64,000 bases of DNA, from NCBI GenBank assembly GCA_036630325.1, contig CP142735.1, forward strand, positions 744,001-808,000. The letters run 5' to 3'. Made by a program: the position numbers and the translations under genes. The notes beneath the pieces are model-generated. The model was given only the letters and a program-made list of their open reading frames with translations, made no database searches and had not been told where the DNA came from. Every line of letters starts with the position of its first letter. Position 1 is the first letter of the stretch. This DNA is from Vairimorpha necatrix. Taxonomy: Eukaryota. Positions 35,113 through 48,597 of this stretch are shown one piece after another.

Positions 35113-36090
35113 GGAGCTATGGCAGTCTGGTGGCCAAAAATTCCTTAAAAGGAATTTTTAAAAAAATCACCCCAAAAATGAAAAGTCAAGAGGAAAACCC
35201 TTTTGAAATTTTTTTAAAATATAATGAAAAAACAAGCAAATCATGTATAAAATGTAGTTCTATAATTAAAAAATTTATGAAAATTTTATTTTTCGATGTA
35301 CTTGGTCTAATTGTAGAAGTAAATGGTCTTTATTAAAAAAAAACACTCCATTCTACAATAACAAGCTTGGAATTAATATATGTTATTAATTATTAAATTA
35401 TGGTCTGTTAATGTAAAGTATAAAGCTATTGCGGAATTTCTTGGAATTAGCATTAAAAGTGTAAGAAAAATCATTTCTTTAACAGTAAATTCCATCGAAA
35501 ATTCTGTTTACGTTGAAACAGGTATAATAGGAGGACCTAAGATTGTTGTGGAAATAGATGAAAGTAAGTTTGGTAAAGTAAAATACCATAGAGGCCATAA
35601 GGTAGAAGGAGTTTGGATTTTCGGAATGGTAGAAAGAACACCTCAAAGGAAAATTGTGTTTGTTCCTGTTGATAATAGAAGAGCAACTACACTAGAAGAA
35701 CTTTTAATTAAATATGTTCACCCAGAATCTATCATACATAGTGATTGCTTCTCTTCATATTCTAGGTTGTGTTCAATTTTCAACAACATAAGACGGTTAA
35801 TCATTCAAAAGAATTTGTTAATAAAAATAATTCATGCCATACTAATACTATCGAAGGTAATTGGAGCGCTGTTAAAAGTGAAATTTCCATAAGGCATAGA
35901 ACAAAAAAATTAATAAAGAGTTCCCTGGTAAGATTTATGCTTAGAATAAATTTTAAAGGGGATTTGTTTGATAAAATTATTAAAATGATTTTTAAGTTTT
36001 TATTTTTTTCCCTTGGACTTTTCATTTTTGGGGTGATTTTTTTAAAAATTCCTTATAATGGATTTTTGGCCACCAGACTGTCCTTTAACC
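35113..36090 (+). mobile_element. Merlin element, frameshifted transposase
   Basis: TIRs containing CAGTCTGGTGGCCAAAAAT, flanking repeat CAAGACCTTG, motifs VEIDESK, HSDCF, HTNTIEGNW. Confidence 0.9.
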
Positions 36091-36805
36091 CAAGACCTTG
36101 TATATATATTTATTTAAAAAAAATTCTCCTCCAACAATAACAAGCTTCATAATTGATGCATAATAAGTCTGACACTTTTACTTTAAAGAGTTGGTTTTAT
36201 AATACAATAAATTCATTTCCACATATTTGATTTTTTTTCGAATTATATGAAAGGCATTTTTTTATAATTGACATGTATTTCGAGATCTGTCAAGTTAATA
36301 AAACTTTTACTAATTTAAAAACATTTTCACAAATTAAAATTAAGTATTAAGGCCATTCGTAATAGTTTTTTCTACAAAATGCGATCTAGAAGACTTAAAT
36401 TTTTAAAATTTCTCATATTAGAAACTTATTTGACAAAAATATTGCTAAAAATGAATAATTTAATAAAAATCTATGTTTTATTCAATTTCAGTTTCAAAAT
36501 CAAAGTTATAAATGTATCTTACAAAATCAATAACCATAAATCATTAATACTGTAAACTGAAAGAAAATTGTAAATATTATTTTTTATGTTTCAAGTTTAT
36601 GTTGTATATTTTTTACAAAACAGCTTTCATTAAACATTAAATAAATTGACATCTTTCAAAAAATTATAAAAAAAGTAATATAACAATGAATTTCTTTTTT
36701 GCAGATAAAATAATATTATTAGGCTTTATCATTTATAAACATGAAAAAAAAATACATTATGATATATGACATAAAGGTATAAATATTTTTTTTCCAATTT
36801 ACCCC

Positions 36806-39349
36806 ATGATAAAAAAAATTTTTGCAATATCGATCACCTTATTTAGTTTTTTGAAATGTACAATCTATACTAGGGAACAAAATAATCAAATAATAACGAA
36901 TTATGATAATACGTATTTAAGCAATTTTCCAGAAAAAAATGATATTGAAACTCCAAGATATTCTGTGTTTTCAGACACTGGTCTAGACAATACCATCGAA
37001 AAGACTATTCATAGTTCTAAATTAACACCAGATTATAATTTACAAAATGAGGATAACGAAATTATAAGCACGTATGAAGAATTGAACAATAAATATATAA
37101 AAGACATCGATTTTACTCAACTTAAAAATGTCTGTGATAAATTGTTACAATTATTTAACGAGAGAATAGAATTTTATGATAGGATGCGAAAGATTTCTCC
37201 TTTCAACAAAAATTCTTATTTATCCCTTGAAGAGATGGGAGATATTTTTTATGAATCAGTAAGGAATTATGCATGCAGTGAAGAATTACACCCATATGCT
37301 AAAAGTAAGTGTCATAAATTTTTTCGAAAATTTGTAAGCGAAAGTGCTGAGCTTATATTCATGTTATCCAGCAAAAAATTTCAGAAATTATTTTTAACAC
37401 CATATGAATATAAACATTTATGGTCAGATATAGATAAATGCATCGATCTACAATATTCAGCCAATGAAAAAGATAAAATAGAAAATGTGTATAATGGCAT
37501 AAAATACAAAAAAATTGTGGCGAAATTGCATAAGCTTGTTGATGATTTTGATGATAAATTTTATTATACCAATGATGCTAAAAAACATAAACCTAATTTC
37601 AAAAAATTAATATACGTTGCAGCTTCTGGACTTTCTTTATTAAATTATATTTGTCCCTCGTTGAATGAATATAATATATTGCCTAGTGAGAAAAATGTAA
37701 AATATGATTTATATAATGAAGTCCAACCCTCTTCTAGATACTCATCAATTATAAATGATAATTTTTATGAGATAATTTATAATTCGAAGTACGATAATAA
37801 CAGAGAAACAGAATTACCAATTGAATTTCAAGATGAAATTTTCGACAATTCTAATAATGCTGATAAAAATAATTATGGCACAACTGAAAGTGAAGTCAAG
37901 TCTACATCTAGCACAATAGTAAATTCGGGATACACTACTACACAAAAAGAGGATTTGAGTACTACTACAATAAAAAATATAGATGAGGAAACCACTACAG
38001 AAATTCATTCTCCCATTGAAACAAGTAATAGTTCTTATGATAAAACCACCACAGAAGTTAATATGACCACCTTAAAGTATGATACTACTGTTTCGTCTAC
38101 TGCATCAATACCATATGAAAATACGAATAATACTAATAGTGATAATCCTAACAATGATGTCACTACAATGACATCAAATACAATCACAACTGAAACGAAT
38201 ACAATAGATAAGAATGCAAAAAACTATAATGAAGAAAAAGACAGATACAATGCCCAATTTGACGGTAATTATATGCCATATCCAAATTATAATAATGAAT
38301 ATCCTCCTAATACACCTGGATCAAATGGGCCAGGCCTGGTTTCAAAAGTCATTGGTGGAATTGGTGACGTAGTTTCTGGTGCGACAGGTGTTTTGGAAGA
38401 TATAGCTGTAGAAGGAGGAGGAGCTTTAGTTAAAAAAGGCATAGGTAAATTTACTGGGCGTATTAATAATGGCATTAAAATCGGCAAAGGAATAATTGAA
38501 GGATTAGATACTGCCTCTGATGTTGCTTCTGGTATAGGTTCTAGTATAAAAAATTCGAATGTCCTACAACCACACAAAGGAGGCGCAGGAAATAATAATC
38601 AAAAAACACATGGTAATAATAATGACTCTAACAAAAGTAAGAAACGTAAAGATGAAGATAAAAATAAAAATAAAAAACCAAAAGATGAAAAAGATTTTAC
38701 GACTAAAAGACCAAAAGATGAAAATAAAAATACAACTGAAAAACCAAAAGATGAAAAAGATTTTACGACTAAAAAACCAAAAGATGAAGATAAAAATACA
38801 ACTGAAAAACCAAAAGATGGAAAGAAAAGTACAACTGAAAAACCAAAAGATGAAAAAGATTCTACTACTAAAAAACCAAAGGATGAAAAAGAAATTACGA
38901 CTAAAAAACCAAAAGATGAAAATAAAAATACAAATGAAAAACCAAAAGATGAAAAAGATTCTACTACTAAAAAACCAAAGGATGAAAAAGAAATTACGAC
39001 TAAAAAACCAAAAGATGAAAATAAAAATACAAATGAAAAACCAAAAGATGAAAAAGAAATTACAACTAAAAAACCAAAAGATGAAAAAGAAATTACGACT
39101 AAAAAACCAAAAGATGGAAATAAAAACAAAAAGAATAAGTTAGAGAATGTTAAAAATAAATTAGAAGATTCTTTGAACGCAATTGGGGGATTTTTCAAAC
39201 TTTATTGGAAATTATTGTCTGCAGTGTTTAGCTGTATATTTTTTATTGTCTCACTACTATGTTGTTTCGGTAAAACACTAATAAAATGCTGTCGCAGAAG
39301 GAAGAAAAATTATGATGAGGAAAAGCAGATTCTTATTGATAAGAATTAA
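36806..39349 (+). CDS. Large repetitive type I membrane/surface protein, 847 aa
   Basis: Signal peptide, T/N-rich stalk, G-rich segment, 11-aa repeats, TM segment, Cys/basic tail. CCCC precedes the ATG. Confidence 0.85.
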   Translation: MIKKIFAISITLFSFLKCTIYTREQNNQIITNYDNTYLSNFPEKNDIETPRYSVFSDTGLDNTIEKTIHSSKLTPDYNLQNEDNEIISTYEELNNKYIKDIDFTQLKNVCDKLLQLFNERIEFYDRMRKISPFNKNSYLSLEEMGDIFYESVRNYACSEELHPYAKSKCHKFFRKFVSESAELIFMLSSKKFQKLFLTPYEYKHLWSDIDKCIDLQYSANEKDKIENVYNGIKYKKIVAKLHKLVDDFDDKFYYTNDAKKHKPNFKKLIYVAASGLSLLNYICPSLNEYNILPSEKNVKYDLYNEVQPSSRYSSIINDNFYEIIYNSKYDNNRETELPIEFQDEIFDNSNNADKNNYGTTESEVKSTSSTIVNSGYTTTQKEDLSTTTIKNIDEETTTEIHSPIETSNSSYDKTTTEVNMTTLKYDTTVSSTASIPYENTNNTNSDNPNNDVTTMTSNTITTETNTIDKNAKNYNEEKDRYNAQFDGNYMPYPNYNNEYPPNTPGSNGPGLVSKVIGGIGDVVSGATGVLEDIAVEGGGALVKKGIGKFTGRINNGIKIGKGIIEGLDTASDVASGIGSSIKNSNVLQPHKGGAGNNNQKTHGNNNDSNKSKKRKDEDKNKNKKPKDEKDFTTKRPKDENKNTTEKPKDEKDFTTKKPKDEDKNTTEKPKDGKKSTTEKPKDEKDSTTKKPKDEKEITTKKPKDENKNTNEKPKDEKDSTTKKPKDEKEITTKKPKDENKNTNEKPKDEKEITTKKPKDEKEITTKKPKDGNKNKKNKLENVKNKLEDSLNAIGGFFKLYWKLLSAVFSCIFFIVSLLCCFGKTLIKCCRRRKKNYDEEKQILIDKN
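38672..39133 (+). repeat. Coding minisatellite, 14 x 33 bp ([KE]KPKDE.....)
   Basis: Units counted in the translation. Confidence 0.9.
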
Positions 39350-41252
39350 AAATTTTTAAGTTTTCTTATTCAAAAACAATATTTTTTCTATAGTATACAT
39401 AAATATTTAATGTATAGCAATTTCGAGTCTAAGTTTAAACGGTACTCTTTTTTTTATACAATTTACCTAGAAATATAAAGATTTTTGTTTTTTTAATATA
39501 AATGCAATTATACATAATAAGAACTTAATTAGCTATAAAAGTAATAGCATTTATACACAAATACAACAAACTTTATAGAAATAATGAATATTAACACAAA
39601 AAACACTTAAACTTTAAACACTAGAATGTTTAAAAAATTTCAAAATTGATTCAAACACAGAATTATTTAAAAACGTAAACTAAACTATGTTGTCATAAAA
39701 AACAACCAAAAAAGATTTTATTGGCGTCAAAGATAAAAAATCTGCTGTAAATCTTAAAAAGTATTAGTTAATATGTTATTGAAATTTAAAGATATTTGTA
39801 AATAAATACTATTGAAATCCTCTTTGTAACAAGCAGAAAGGACTTGCACATAACAAGAAAAGACTACCTAAAATAAAAGAGCGGAAGTTTTAGGTTACTG
39901 TAGGACCGATCGGATAAATATAATCATCCTATAATCTGTAAAATATTAAAATAAATTATAGTCGAAAATTAACACAATTTAGTTCATATAAATGCTCTGC
40001 CGCTAATATATTATATTATTACACGTTAAGCTAGTTTTTAGAGAGGGGCAGTAAGTGCACTTATCAAAACAAGTGCAGAATATTACAAAAAATTCTGCCT
40101 AATTTTTACTTAACCTCCTTAAGATATGAATACATGTTTTTTCTCTTTTCCTATGTTCTTAAAAGTCGAAGCGGACAGATGTGAAAGTAACAAATATAAA
40201 TTTATACAATGCAAAGAATGGTCTAATAAAAATCCTATTTGGTCATTTAATATAGAATAGATGATAGTAAATTCGTTTTAATAAGCTTTTTTAATCAGTG
40301 TTCATGGATGTTTGAACTGTAGAAATGTGTTATGATATTATTTTGTCGTCATTATTAATTTTTAAAATCATTAAACAGTTTTTATTTAGTTGTTTAATTT
40401 AAGCAGATTCTAGGTTTGGTAATTATTATTTTTTTCATATGTTAATTTTTCATTTCTAGCTATTCATTTATTTTATTAAACGAATGCAGAGAACCCCAAA
40501 GTTTATCCTCTTAATAGTATTCATAAGTGTATAGTCCTCAAAACCATGACATCTTTGTTTTACTGTGTTAAAACTTTAATCAGTAAAACACTGCTCCGAA
40601 CGAATAGTCAAAGGCGGAGATCTCTAACGATCGGACATAAAACGTTATGTTATATAAATAAATATAAATAGTCAGAAAAAGTTAGAAGACACCGAGCATG
40701 AAGAATAACAATAAAAACAGATCAAACATAAATAAATATAAATATAATACAAATATTTTAGAAATGTATTTAAAAAACGGAAATATTACTCCGGTTCATG
40801 TCAATAAGTAAAATATAACATTAATTTTACAAGATATGATTTTTTGGAAGTAAAATATCATCTCTTTATATAATTGTTAAGTTCGTCCATAGCGTCATTT
40901 TTAACAACTTAATTTACTTATAATTGTATTTCTTATAAAGAGAATGATAAAGATAAGTCTTGATTAATTAGTAGACGAACAAATTTTTCTGAGTAAGGGG
41001 AATTTATTTATTTTAGTTATTATTTTATATTAATTAACTTAATTTTTTGGTATATTTTCCACTTTGGCTACGAAAAAGCAAGTCTAAAAAAAGATTCTGT
41101 ATTTTTATTGATAAAGGGGCTAAAGTAAACATGGACCATATGTTAATTTAAAACAAGCTCTAAGAGATGTTAACAATATCTTTTAATATTAAATTTTATT
41201 TGGACAAAAGATGGTGTAAATAAAATCTCTAACAAAATATTTCATTCAATAT

Positions 41253-42609
41253 AAATAAATTTAATTAGGGTATGCTTATTGCAATTTATATTTTTAGTTT
41301 AACAAGAATAGGTTCCGCGTTAGCGTCTCCTGCTTGTAAGTGGCTTCTCGTCCCATGGTCCTTTCCACATCGGCTTCGTCTTTTCTCCTTCGGTAGTCCG
41401 AGGAAATGCTTTCTAGCGCCTTCTTAGGCGTGATCATCTGGATGTACGCTTCTACCTTATTAGGGATTTCAAGTCTTGGGGTATAAGATTAGTAAAACTT
41501 AGTCACTATACCGTCCCAAGTGATTACGTGGGGAATTATTTCTGTTTTAAAACCATATATTAGGCCCAGTTCGTTCGCACGGACATCATACTTTCTTAAA
41601 TTATCATTTTCTACTTGCTGTAGATTCTCTTGTGATGTAACGCCTATTTCGATTTTTCTGATCAATTTGTTCTTTTTATCTACTACGACAATGTCCGGTT
41701 TATTATGTTTGATCTTTATGTCTGTTTTTGCCGTCGTGTCTATTCAATTTCCGGATCTTTGTTGGCAATTATCTGTTGTACTGAGGGGTTTCTTAATCTC
41801 TTCTTAGGCTGAACTTTATATTTTTCGCATAGTAGTAGGTTGATGCATTTAACAATTTCATTATGCCTTCTCATTAATCGTGTCCTAGCATTTTTCGCCC
41901 TTGTAGCTAGATGATCTACGGTCTTTGCTGATTTATTGCAATGGGGGCAATTTCCAACGATCCATTAAATATATTTCGGTCTTGCGAGGCACATAACTTA
42001 CTTTCTGTCCTAGTACTCGTGTTACCTACTTTAAGCCTTAGTGATGAGTTTTTAATGTGAACTATTTTATTTTCTTTTGCCCTAAACAACTTTTTATGTT
42101 CTGTTTTATTATTTTTGTTGTTGTATAGGGTATTTAACTGAGCTTCTGTTGTGATTTTTGTTCCACATCTATTAGCTTATATTTTTCCTGACGTATGCTT
42201 TAATTAGAAAAAAGTGAGTTTTCTTTTTTTTGGTTTACTAAGATGGCTCGTTTGCTGGGGTAGATATTGACCGATTGTTCGAAGTCCGTCCTTAGTTTGA
42301 GTAGCATGCTTTCACTTTTTAACACTGCACTAGTAAGTCCTCTTCCGAGCGCATCGCGGAAAAGATATAGCCTTTCTTTGCATGCCAGTTGAGAATGACC
42401 TTTATGTACGTTCAATGACATTCTAATAAAAGAGTCTATCTCCTCAAATATCTCCTGTTCTAAATCAAGTACACCAACATAATAATTTATAAGTGAAATA
42501 CCAAATTCGTTAATTGACCTAAAGGTGTTTTTGGAATTTAATTTTGTACTACAAATCATTTTTACTCGTGACTTTATTTTTTCCTTTATGAGTTCAATTG
42601 TACTATTAC
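41253..42609 (-). mobile_element. 5'-truncated, decayed RLE non-LTR retrotransposon (second subfamily)
   Basis: Minus-strand motifs KERLY..GRGL, CPHC..DHL, NKPDIV, ITWDG. 11-bp TSD TCATTCAATAT at 41242-41252 and 42610-42620. Confidence 0.88.
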
Positions 42610-42792
42610 TCATTCAATATTATAATTTTTTTATATTTTTTAATTTTTATGTATAAACATAACTTTATTGAGGTTATTTGTTTTTTTTTTCGTAGAAAGA
42701 TCGATGTATTTCGTTTGTTTGTAATAAACTAAATGTTCTAATTTTTAGTAAATATGTTTTTTTTTTGTGATTTACATCCTTAGTCTATTTTA

Positions 42793-44654
42793 CAGGGGTT
42801 TGCATTTTTTGAGTCCAACTTTTGCATTTTTATAATCCATTTTTTTTTAACTCAATGGCCTTTTTTTTTGAAACCCCCCACCCTCATGCCTAGAAAAGCG
42901 AGATCTACAGTCACTCCAGATGTCTTAAAACTGATTGAAAGACATATAAAAAACGAAAACTTGACCTTAAAAAATATTGCAACAACATTAAATTTAAGTT
43001 ATAAAACAGTTTGGAGGATCCATATGAAAATGTTAGAGGGAGAATCTATTTGGTCTACAAGTTTAATAAATCGTTCTAAAATTTCATCTTGTAGAGTGCT
43101 AAAGCCTATCGACCTAGTGCTAAAAAACATCATTGCACGCAGTAATGACAAGACTCTTGGCGAAATCAAAGAAGAGCTGAATACATTAGCTCGTTTCAAT
43201 GTCTTTGTCGACTATTTCGAGAAAGCTAAAATATCTAAATATTATGAGAAAAGGACTATCTCTGATTCCCGTAGAGCGTAATTCGCAGGACAAAATTGAT
43301 AAAAGAGCTGAATATGCCATGGAAATATCGGGATATTCTTTAGAAAATTTGATTTTTTTGGATGAAACTGGATTTAATACTCATACCACAAGGCATTATG
43401 GGGTTTCTTTTAAAAACAAAAAAGCATTTGGTAAATGACCGTTTGGAACCCGCTTTGAAAAATAAAAAAAATTTTAAAAAATGGGACTTGATGATTTATT
43501 TTAAATAATGACAGAAGACAATTTATCCGGTGATTTTTGGGAATTTAGAAAGCCGAGTGGAACTGTAAAAGGTACTCATAGTATTCTTCTTTGTTTATAT
43601 CTAGATCGAATATCTCTTATAGAAATGAGCCAAAACCAACTAAATTATATGGTGTTGTGAATTAAAATCGCTAGAAGTTATAGCATTTATGGAGTGATTC
43701 TTAGTACTGTGCTCCATCCCTTTGCTTAGGCTAATGTGGCATCATATGCTACCCATTGATTAGAGATCATAATAGAAACAGGTTATACATTTTCTTGTAT
43801 TACCTCAAGGAAAAAGCAGTATTTCTACTAGTTGCAGAAACGAGCAAGGCGCACGCCGATTCGGCATCAAATGTTTCCAAAATAAACTTTTCTTAATATC
43901 CCATGTATAAATACATTTCATCATTAAAACCCTCATCTGCCTCAACAAAAAATGGTTTTGCCAATTTGGCCATTTTTTCAAAGGGGGGGTCCTTTAAAAC
44001 ATCAAAGTGGGTTTATTTTCCCAAAGCGGATTTCAAACGGTTCTGTACCAAGCATTTAAAACAGTCCCTGCAAATCGAGGCAAAATTTAAGTTGTCTTTG
44101 CGCGATTTCGAAATCGAATATTATAGCATACGAAATAAAAAGGGGCGCATATAATTCAGCTTTATTCGTCGAATTTATTGAAAGGAATCTTGTAAATTTT
44201 TTTCAAACAAATCCTCAAATGATTTTAATAATGAATAATGCTAAATTTCATCATTCAAGAGAAGTTTTGTGTAAACTAAGAGAATTAGGCATATCTTATG
44301 TTTTTTTGCCTCTATATTCCCCACAGCTTAATCCTATTGAGGAATTTTTTATATATGATAAAATCGAGGTTTTGTGCTATACGAAACTCAAATAATACAG
44401 TAGAAATGAACTTGGAACAAGTGTGAACGATGATTGTAGCCTTTCTTGTAATGGATTTTACACTAATATGGTAAGATGGTTGTAAATGGCAAGGCAGAAA
44501 AACGAGTTTATATAATTAAATGAGGTTGTATATTATTTGACACATAATTCTATTGATTGTTTATTATATATCAAATTCTGGGTTTTTTGTTATTTTTTTT
44601 CTAAAAAATGGACTATAAAAATGCAAAAGTTGGACTAAACAAATGCAAACCCTG
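42793..44654 (+). mobile_element. Tc1/IS630-type DNA transposon, defective
   Basis: TA flanks, TIR CAGGG(G)TTTGCATTT, HTH-like N-terminus from 42886, IFLDETGF, LPLYSPQLNPIEE. Confidence 0.9.
43430..44049. mobile_element. Non-autonomous Merlin-like element nested in the Tc1 transposase
   Basis: GG..CC imperfect TIRs (ACCGTTTGRAAYCCGCTTTG), 8-bp TSD AAGCATTT. Confidence 0.8.
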
Positions 44655-47332
44655 TAAATTTACGAAGGAGTATCTAAATTTTATAAATTTGCATAGTCAG
44701 ACTATTACTTCAAATTAATTAACACATAAAGGGATATAAAAACATTACAATGTTTCATTGGTTAATTTTTGACAAATTTAGAAGTTAGAAATTAACATTA
44801 GTCATTTTTAGTATAATCGTGCCAAATATAATTGTGACTAAACAAAATGAGAATATTCTCTTCGGTTTTTTACTTATATTTTTGACTTGTTTTACTGATA
44901 TTTATAAGAAATTATTTATTATCATTCTATTTTAAATGCCTAACTAAGGACCTTTTATATGTTGATTACAACGAAGGTCATACTTGAGTATATATGTTCA
45001 TAAATAATATTTTTTATTTGCTTAGGTCTTTTTTATTGCTCTAATTCTTAGTGTATAAATGACTTTAGTTTGTTCTTTAAAAAAATTACTATAGTTAAAC
45101 ATTATTTTAGGCGATAAACATCCAGGGTTTTTTTTATGAAGTGTACTAAAAACTGATTATATAAATATAATTATGGACATTGAAAATAAATGTAAATAGC
45201 AAATTTTCATAAATAAAAAAATATGAAAGATGAAGTAAAAGAGATGTAAAAGTAATAGTAAATAAAGCATATATTTGTTTACAATAAAAGAATATTTATT
45301 GGAGTAGCTGATAATGTACACTAGATCAGAACCCGGCTGCCGAGAAAAGGTGAGTGGTTAAGAACAACTAGGATATTAATTAAGTTTAAAATACATAAAA
45401 AGAATCTTGTTTCTATAATCTTTGAAAAAAGGATCAGATGAAAGAAATCGTAAATATGCCCCAATAACATTGACACAAGAAAAAAAAATCTCGAAAAAAT
45501 ACTTTTTTAAAAAATAAACCGTGCTGTCTTTTAAAAAATAAAATACTTCTAATTTTTTTCATAATGCCCAAATATTAAAGTACAAATTAAATACAATCGC
45601 ATGCTAAGCTTCTTTACAATAAATATTGATGCTCATTTCTAAAGTCTATCTTCAAAATTTTTTCCAAATAAGGAACACCTTTTGTTGTATGTACTTGAAA
45701 AAAATACAAAGCTTAAAAGATTTAGTTAAATTGCAAAAGCAGATTTTATGATTAAAGAAAAACTTCAACCCAATATTCAAATTGCTACAAATCTTTAAAG
45801 TTTTTTTTTAAAAAAGAGGACATTTTCACTAGGTTGGTCAAAGTGTAACCAGGCTAGATGTGAAGCAATTATTGTTAAAGCGGATATACAGATATTTGAT
45901 AAAGAGGAATGATGTTTATACTTTTTATCTCATAAGAAGACTACGAACCAACTAGCTTTCAAGTATGATTATACGGAATTGATTGAAGAAAATAGACAAC
46001 AAGGCAGTTACATGTATTAACTTTGTAACATGAAGATTTAAGTATATAAATAAAATAATATTCTTTATAAATATGTAGAGAAAAATAAAAAAGATAGTGC
46101 GACTAGCAAAAACATGAGAATGTGGGATATTTAAAATATAAAATAAAATATGACTTATGCTTATTTTTGTCTCCCAGAGAGAAAATAAAATTGCACTTTT
46201 TTTGTTAATATAATAAACCAGGGCGATTTACTAATAGTTGTGAATGTAATCTAAATATAGATTAATTTATATATATAAAATGGTACCTATCAAGAATCCT
46301 AACAATGTTAAATTTTATGTGATGATATAAGGCAAAGTTTGGCTAATATCGCAGAAAGCATATCAAATCTATGAAATTGTAATCCAGAGAAGACAACCTG
46401 GGCCATTGAGCCGAAAAAACAATTTAGAGTCTATCCTTTTTGATCGAAAACCATGAAATTTTAAGTGGGACACGGCGAAAAGAGATTAATCTAATATAGC
46501 TGAACTAGCTGTACAGACGACGGGGAGAGGGTCCTGTCAAATTAGACGCTATTGGTTTAGAAAACATAAGACTATAATATATCCACCACAATTGGACTTG
46601 AAGGACAATCCCACTACAGATACAAAGGATATGTTTTCAATTATTTATTTTTTCATCACATATTAACTAATTAAAATTGCATTTTAAATTTTAAACCGAG
46701 GTTTTAACAGGGTCGGGGCTTATTCATCTAAACTCACAAAAAGACTTTTTATTTAGTTCAGCGCGTAATACATAAAAAAGCTCCGTATCAATTTTTTATA
46801 TATTTATATTTAACATATGAAAATCATGTCAATCTTTACTCAATTACTTATTTAACATCAAGTCAATAAGGATTCTGGATATTTAAAAATTATGATTAAT
46901 AATTTTTAGGATCTCGGCGAATTTTAAATCGTGCTTAGTGCTTATTAGGTCTTTAATATGAGTTTGGGATGTTTTTGTCATATTGTAATATATTTTGTTT
47001 TCAAACTAATGATTAAATCATTTTATTCTATCATGACATAAATATTAATATACAAGATAATGTACAAAGACCAGCATGCATCATATCTTTATCAGTAAGA
47101 TTGTATGATTTGCATAATATTAACTTACACGTCTTTATTAGCTCATTTTATAATTTGTGTAAAGCATATGGGGATATTTTACGACATATGTATTTACTTA
47201 ACTGAATCAGGATTTCTTTTTAAATAATATTTGTAGTGGACAATAACAGAAAACAAATTAAGCAGATTTAAAAGCAAAAATGAATATTTATCAAGGTTTC
47301 TTGACTAGAAATTTTTTAATTTTGCACCCCAA

Positions 47333-48202
47333 ATGAATTTATTATTAATTTTTATTCAATTTTTCATAAACATGTTATCTATAATAAAAGCCGATGAATA
47401 CATGGATGACCTATTAAGTTCAATGATTAATAAAAATCTAACTTTAGAAGTGACTTGTGCTTCATTAAAAAACAGTTTTACTGATGAAGATATGTCTTTT
47501 GAAACTATTCGAGGCTATATTGTATTTTTTTGGGACACTATTATTAATCATGATATTTTTAGAAATATGACAGAAAGCAATAATTCAATATTTAGTTTTA
47601 GAGAATTGCGTAGTTTATTGAGAGATGCATATTTTAAGAAAATTAAAAGCGTATTTAGAAAAACTAAATGGAATCCTTATTTATTAGATAATTTTTCATT
47701 TTCTGAAAAAAAATTTATATATGATATGGTAAACCTTACATTGGAATATTACAATATTCTACGTCTCTGTTATAAAGATAGAATTAATAATGCAAACTCA
47801 ACTATGGATTGTGTTGAAGAAATAATTAGAGAAAATACATGCTTTATAAGGAATAATGAAACTGATCAATTCCCTACATTTGTTGTTAAAATGTGTACAG
47901 GGCAATTGTATCAGTACATAAGTTGTTATAAACATGATTGGATGGACTATGCCTTACAATATTTAAAACATAATCAGAATCTATTATCAAAAGCTGAGTG
48001 TATTAATGATAATTATGATTTTAAAAAAATAACTTCAGAAATTACTAATGAACCTTTAAGTTATATTATGGAAGATAGAAGTTATTATAATGAAAGATAT
48101 GTTTTTATAATTCTTTCGGGTTTAATCATTTGCTTAATATTAACCTTTATTGGATACATGTTCCACAATAAGAAAAAAAGAACCAATAAAAATTTTATTT
48201 AA
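47333..48202 (+). CDS. Paralogue of the 653-1522 membrane protein
   Basis: 289 aa; I count 5 amino-acid differences. Confidence 0.8.
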   Translation: MNLLLIFIQFFINMLSIIKADEYMDDLLSSMINKNLTLEVTCASLKNSFTDEDMSFETIRGYIVFFWDTIINHDIFRNMTESNNSIFSFRELRSLLRDAYFKKIKSVFRKTKWNPYLLDNFSFSEKKFIYDMVNLTLEYYNILRLCYKDRINNANSTMDCVEEIIRENTCFIRNNETDQFPTFVVKMCTGQLYQYISCYKHDWMDYALQYLKHNQNLLSKAECINDNYDFKKITSEITNEPLSYIMEDRSYYNERYVFIILSGLIICLILTFIGYMFHNKKKRTNKNFI

Positions 48203-48597
48203 TAGTTATAAATTGACAGCGATCAAAATTAACCATAATAAGTTTTTATATTTATAATAAGAATTATTAACAAGTAATGAATTTGTATATAATCAGAAAA
48301 AATAATCTTTAAATTTTTTTAGTTGACTAAATATCAACACATTTTTTATCAAATATAACAGAAACATAAAAAATTTACAATATAGTGTTAATAATCTACG
48401 AAAAAATACTTATATTTCTTTATCAAAAACTCAATACTTTTGGATTTGGAAGAGGGATTATTTTCACATAGGGTTTAAGTATCAAAACTATAGATCTAAG
48501 TAAAAACGGAGTTGATCCTAACCATCGAGTTTAAAGCTATGTTAATAAATAACATCGCAAATTTACATTATATGGTAAAAAAACAAAAAAAAATCGA

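Noticed and set aside
38672-39133. CRISPR-like periodicity
   Set aside because: In-frame coding minisatellite with no unique spacers; eukaryotic context and no cas genes.
38559-39198. 194-aa and 199-aa ORFs overlapping the surface protein
   Set aside because: Alternative-frame and antisense shadows of the 33-bp coding repeat.
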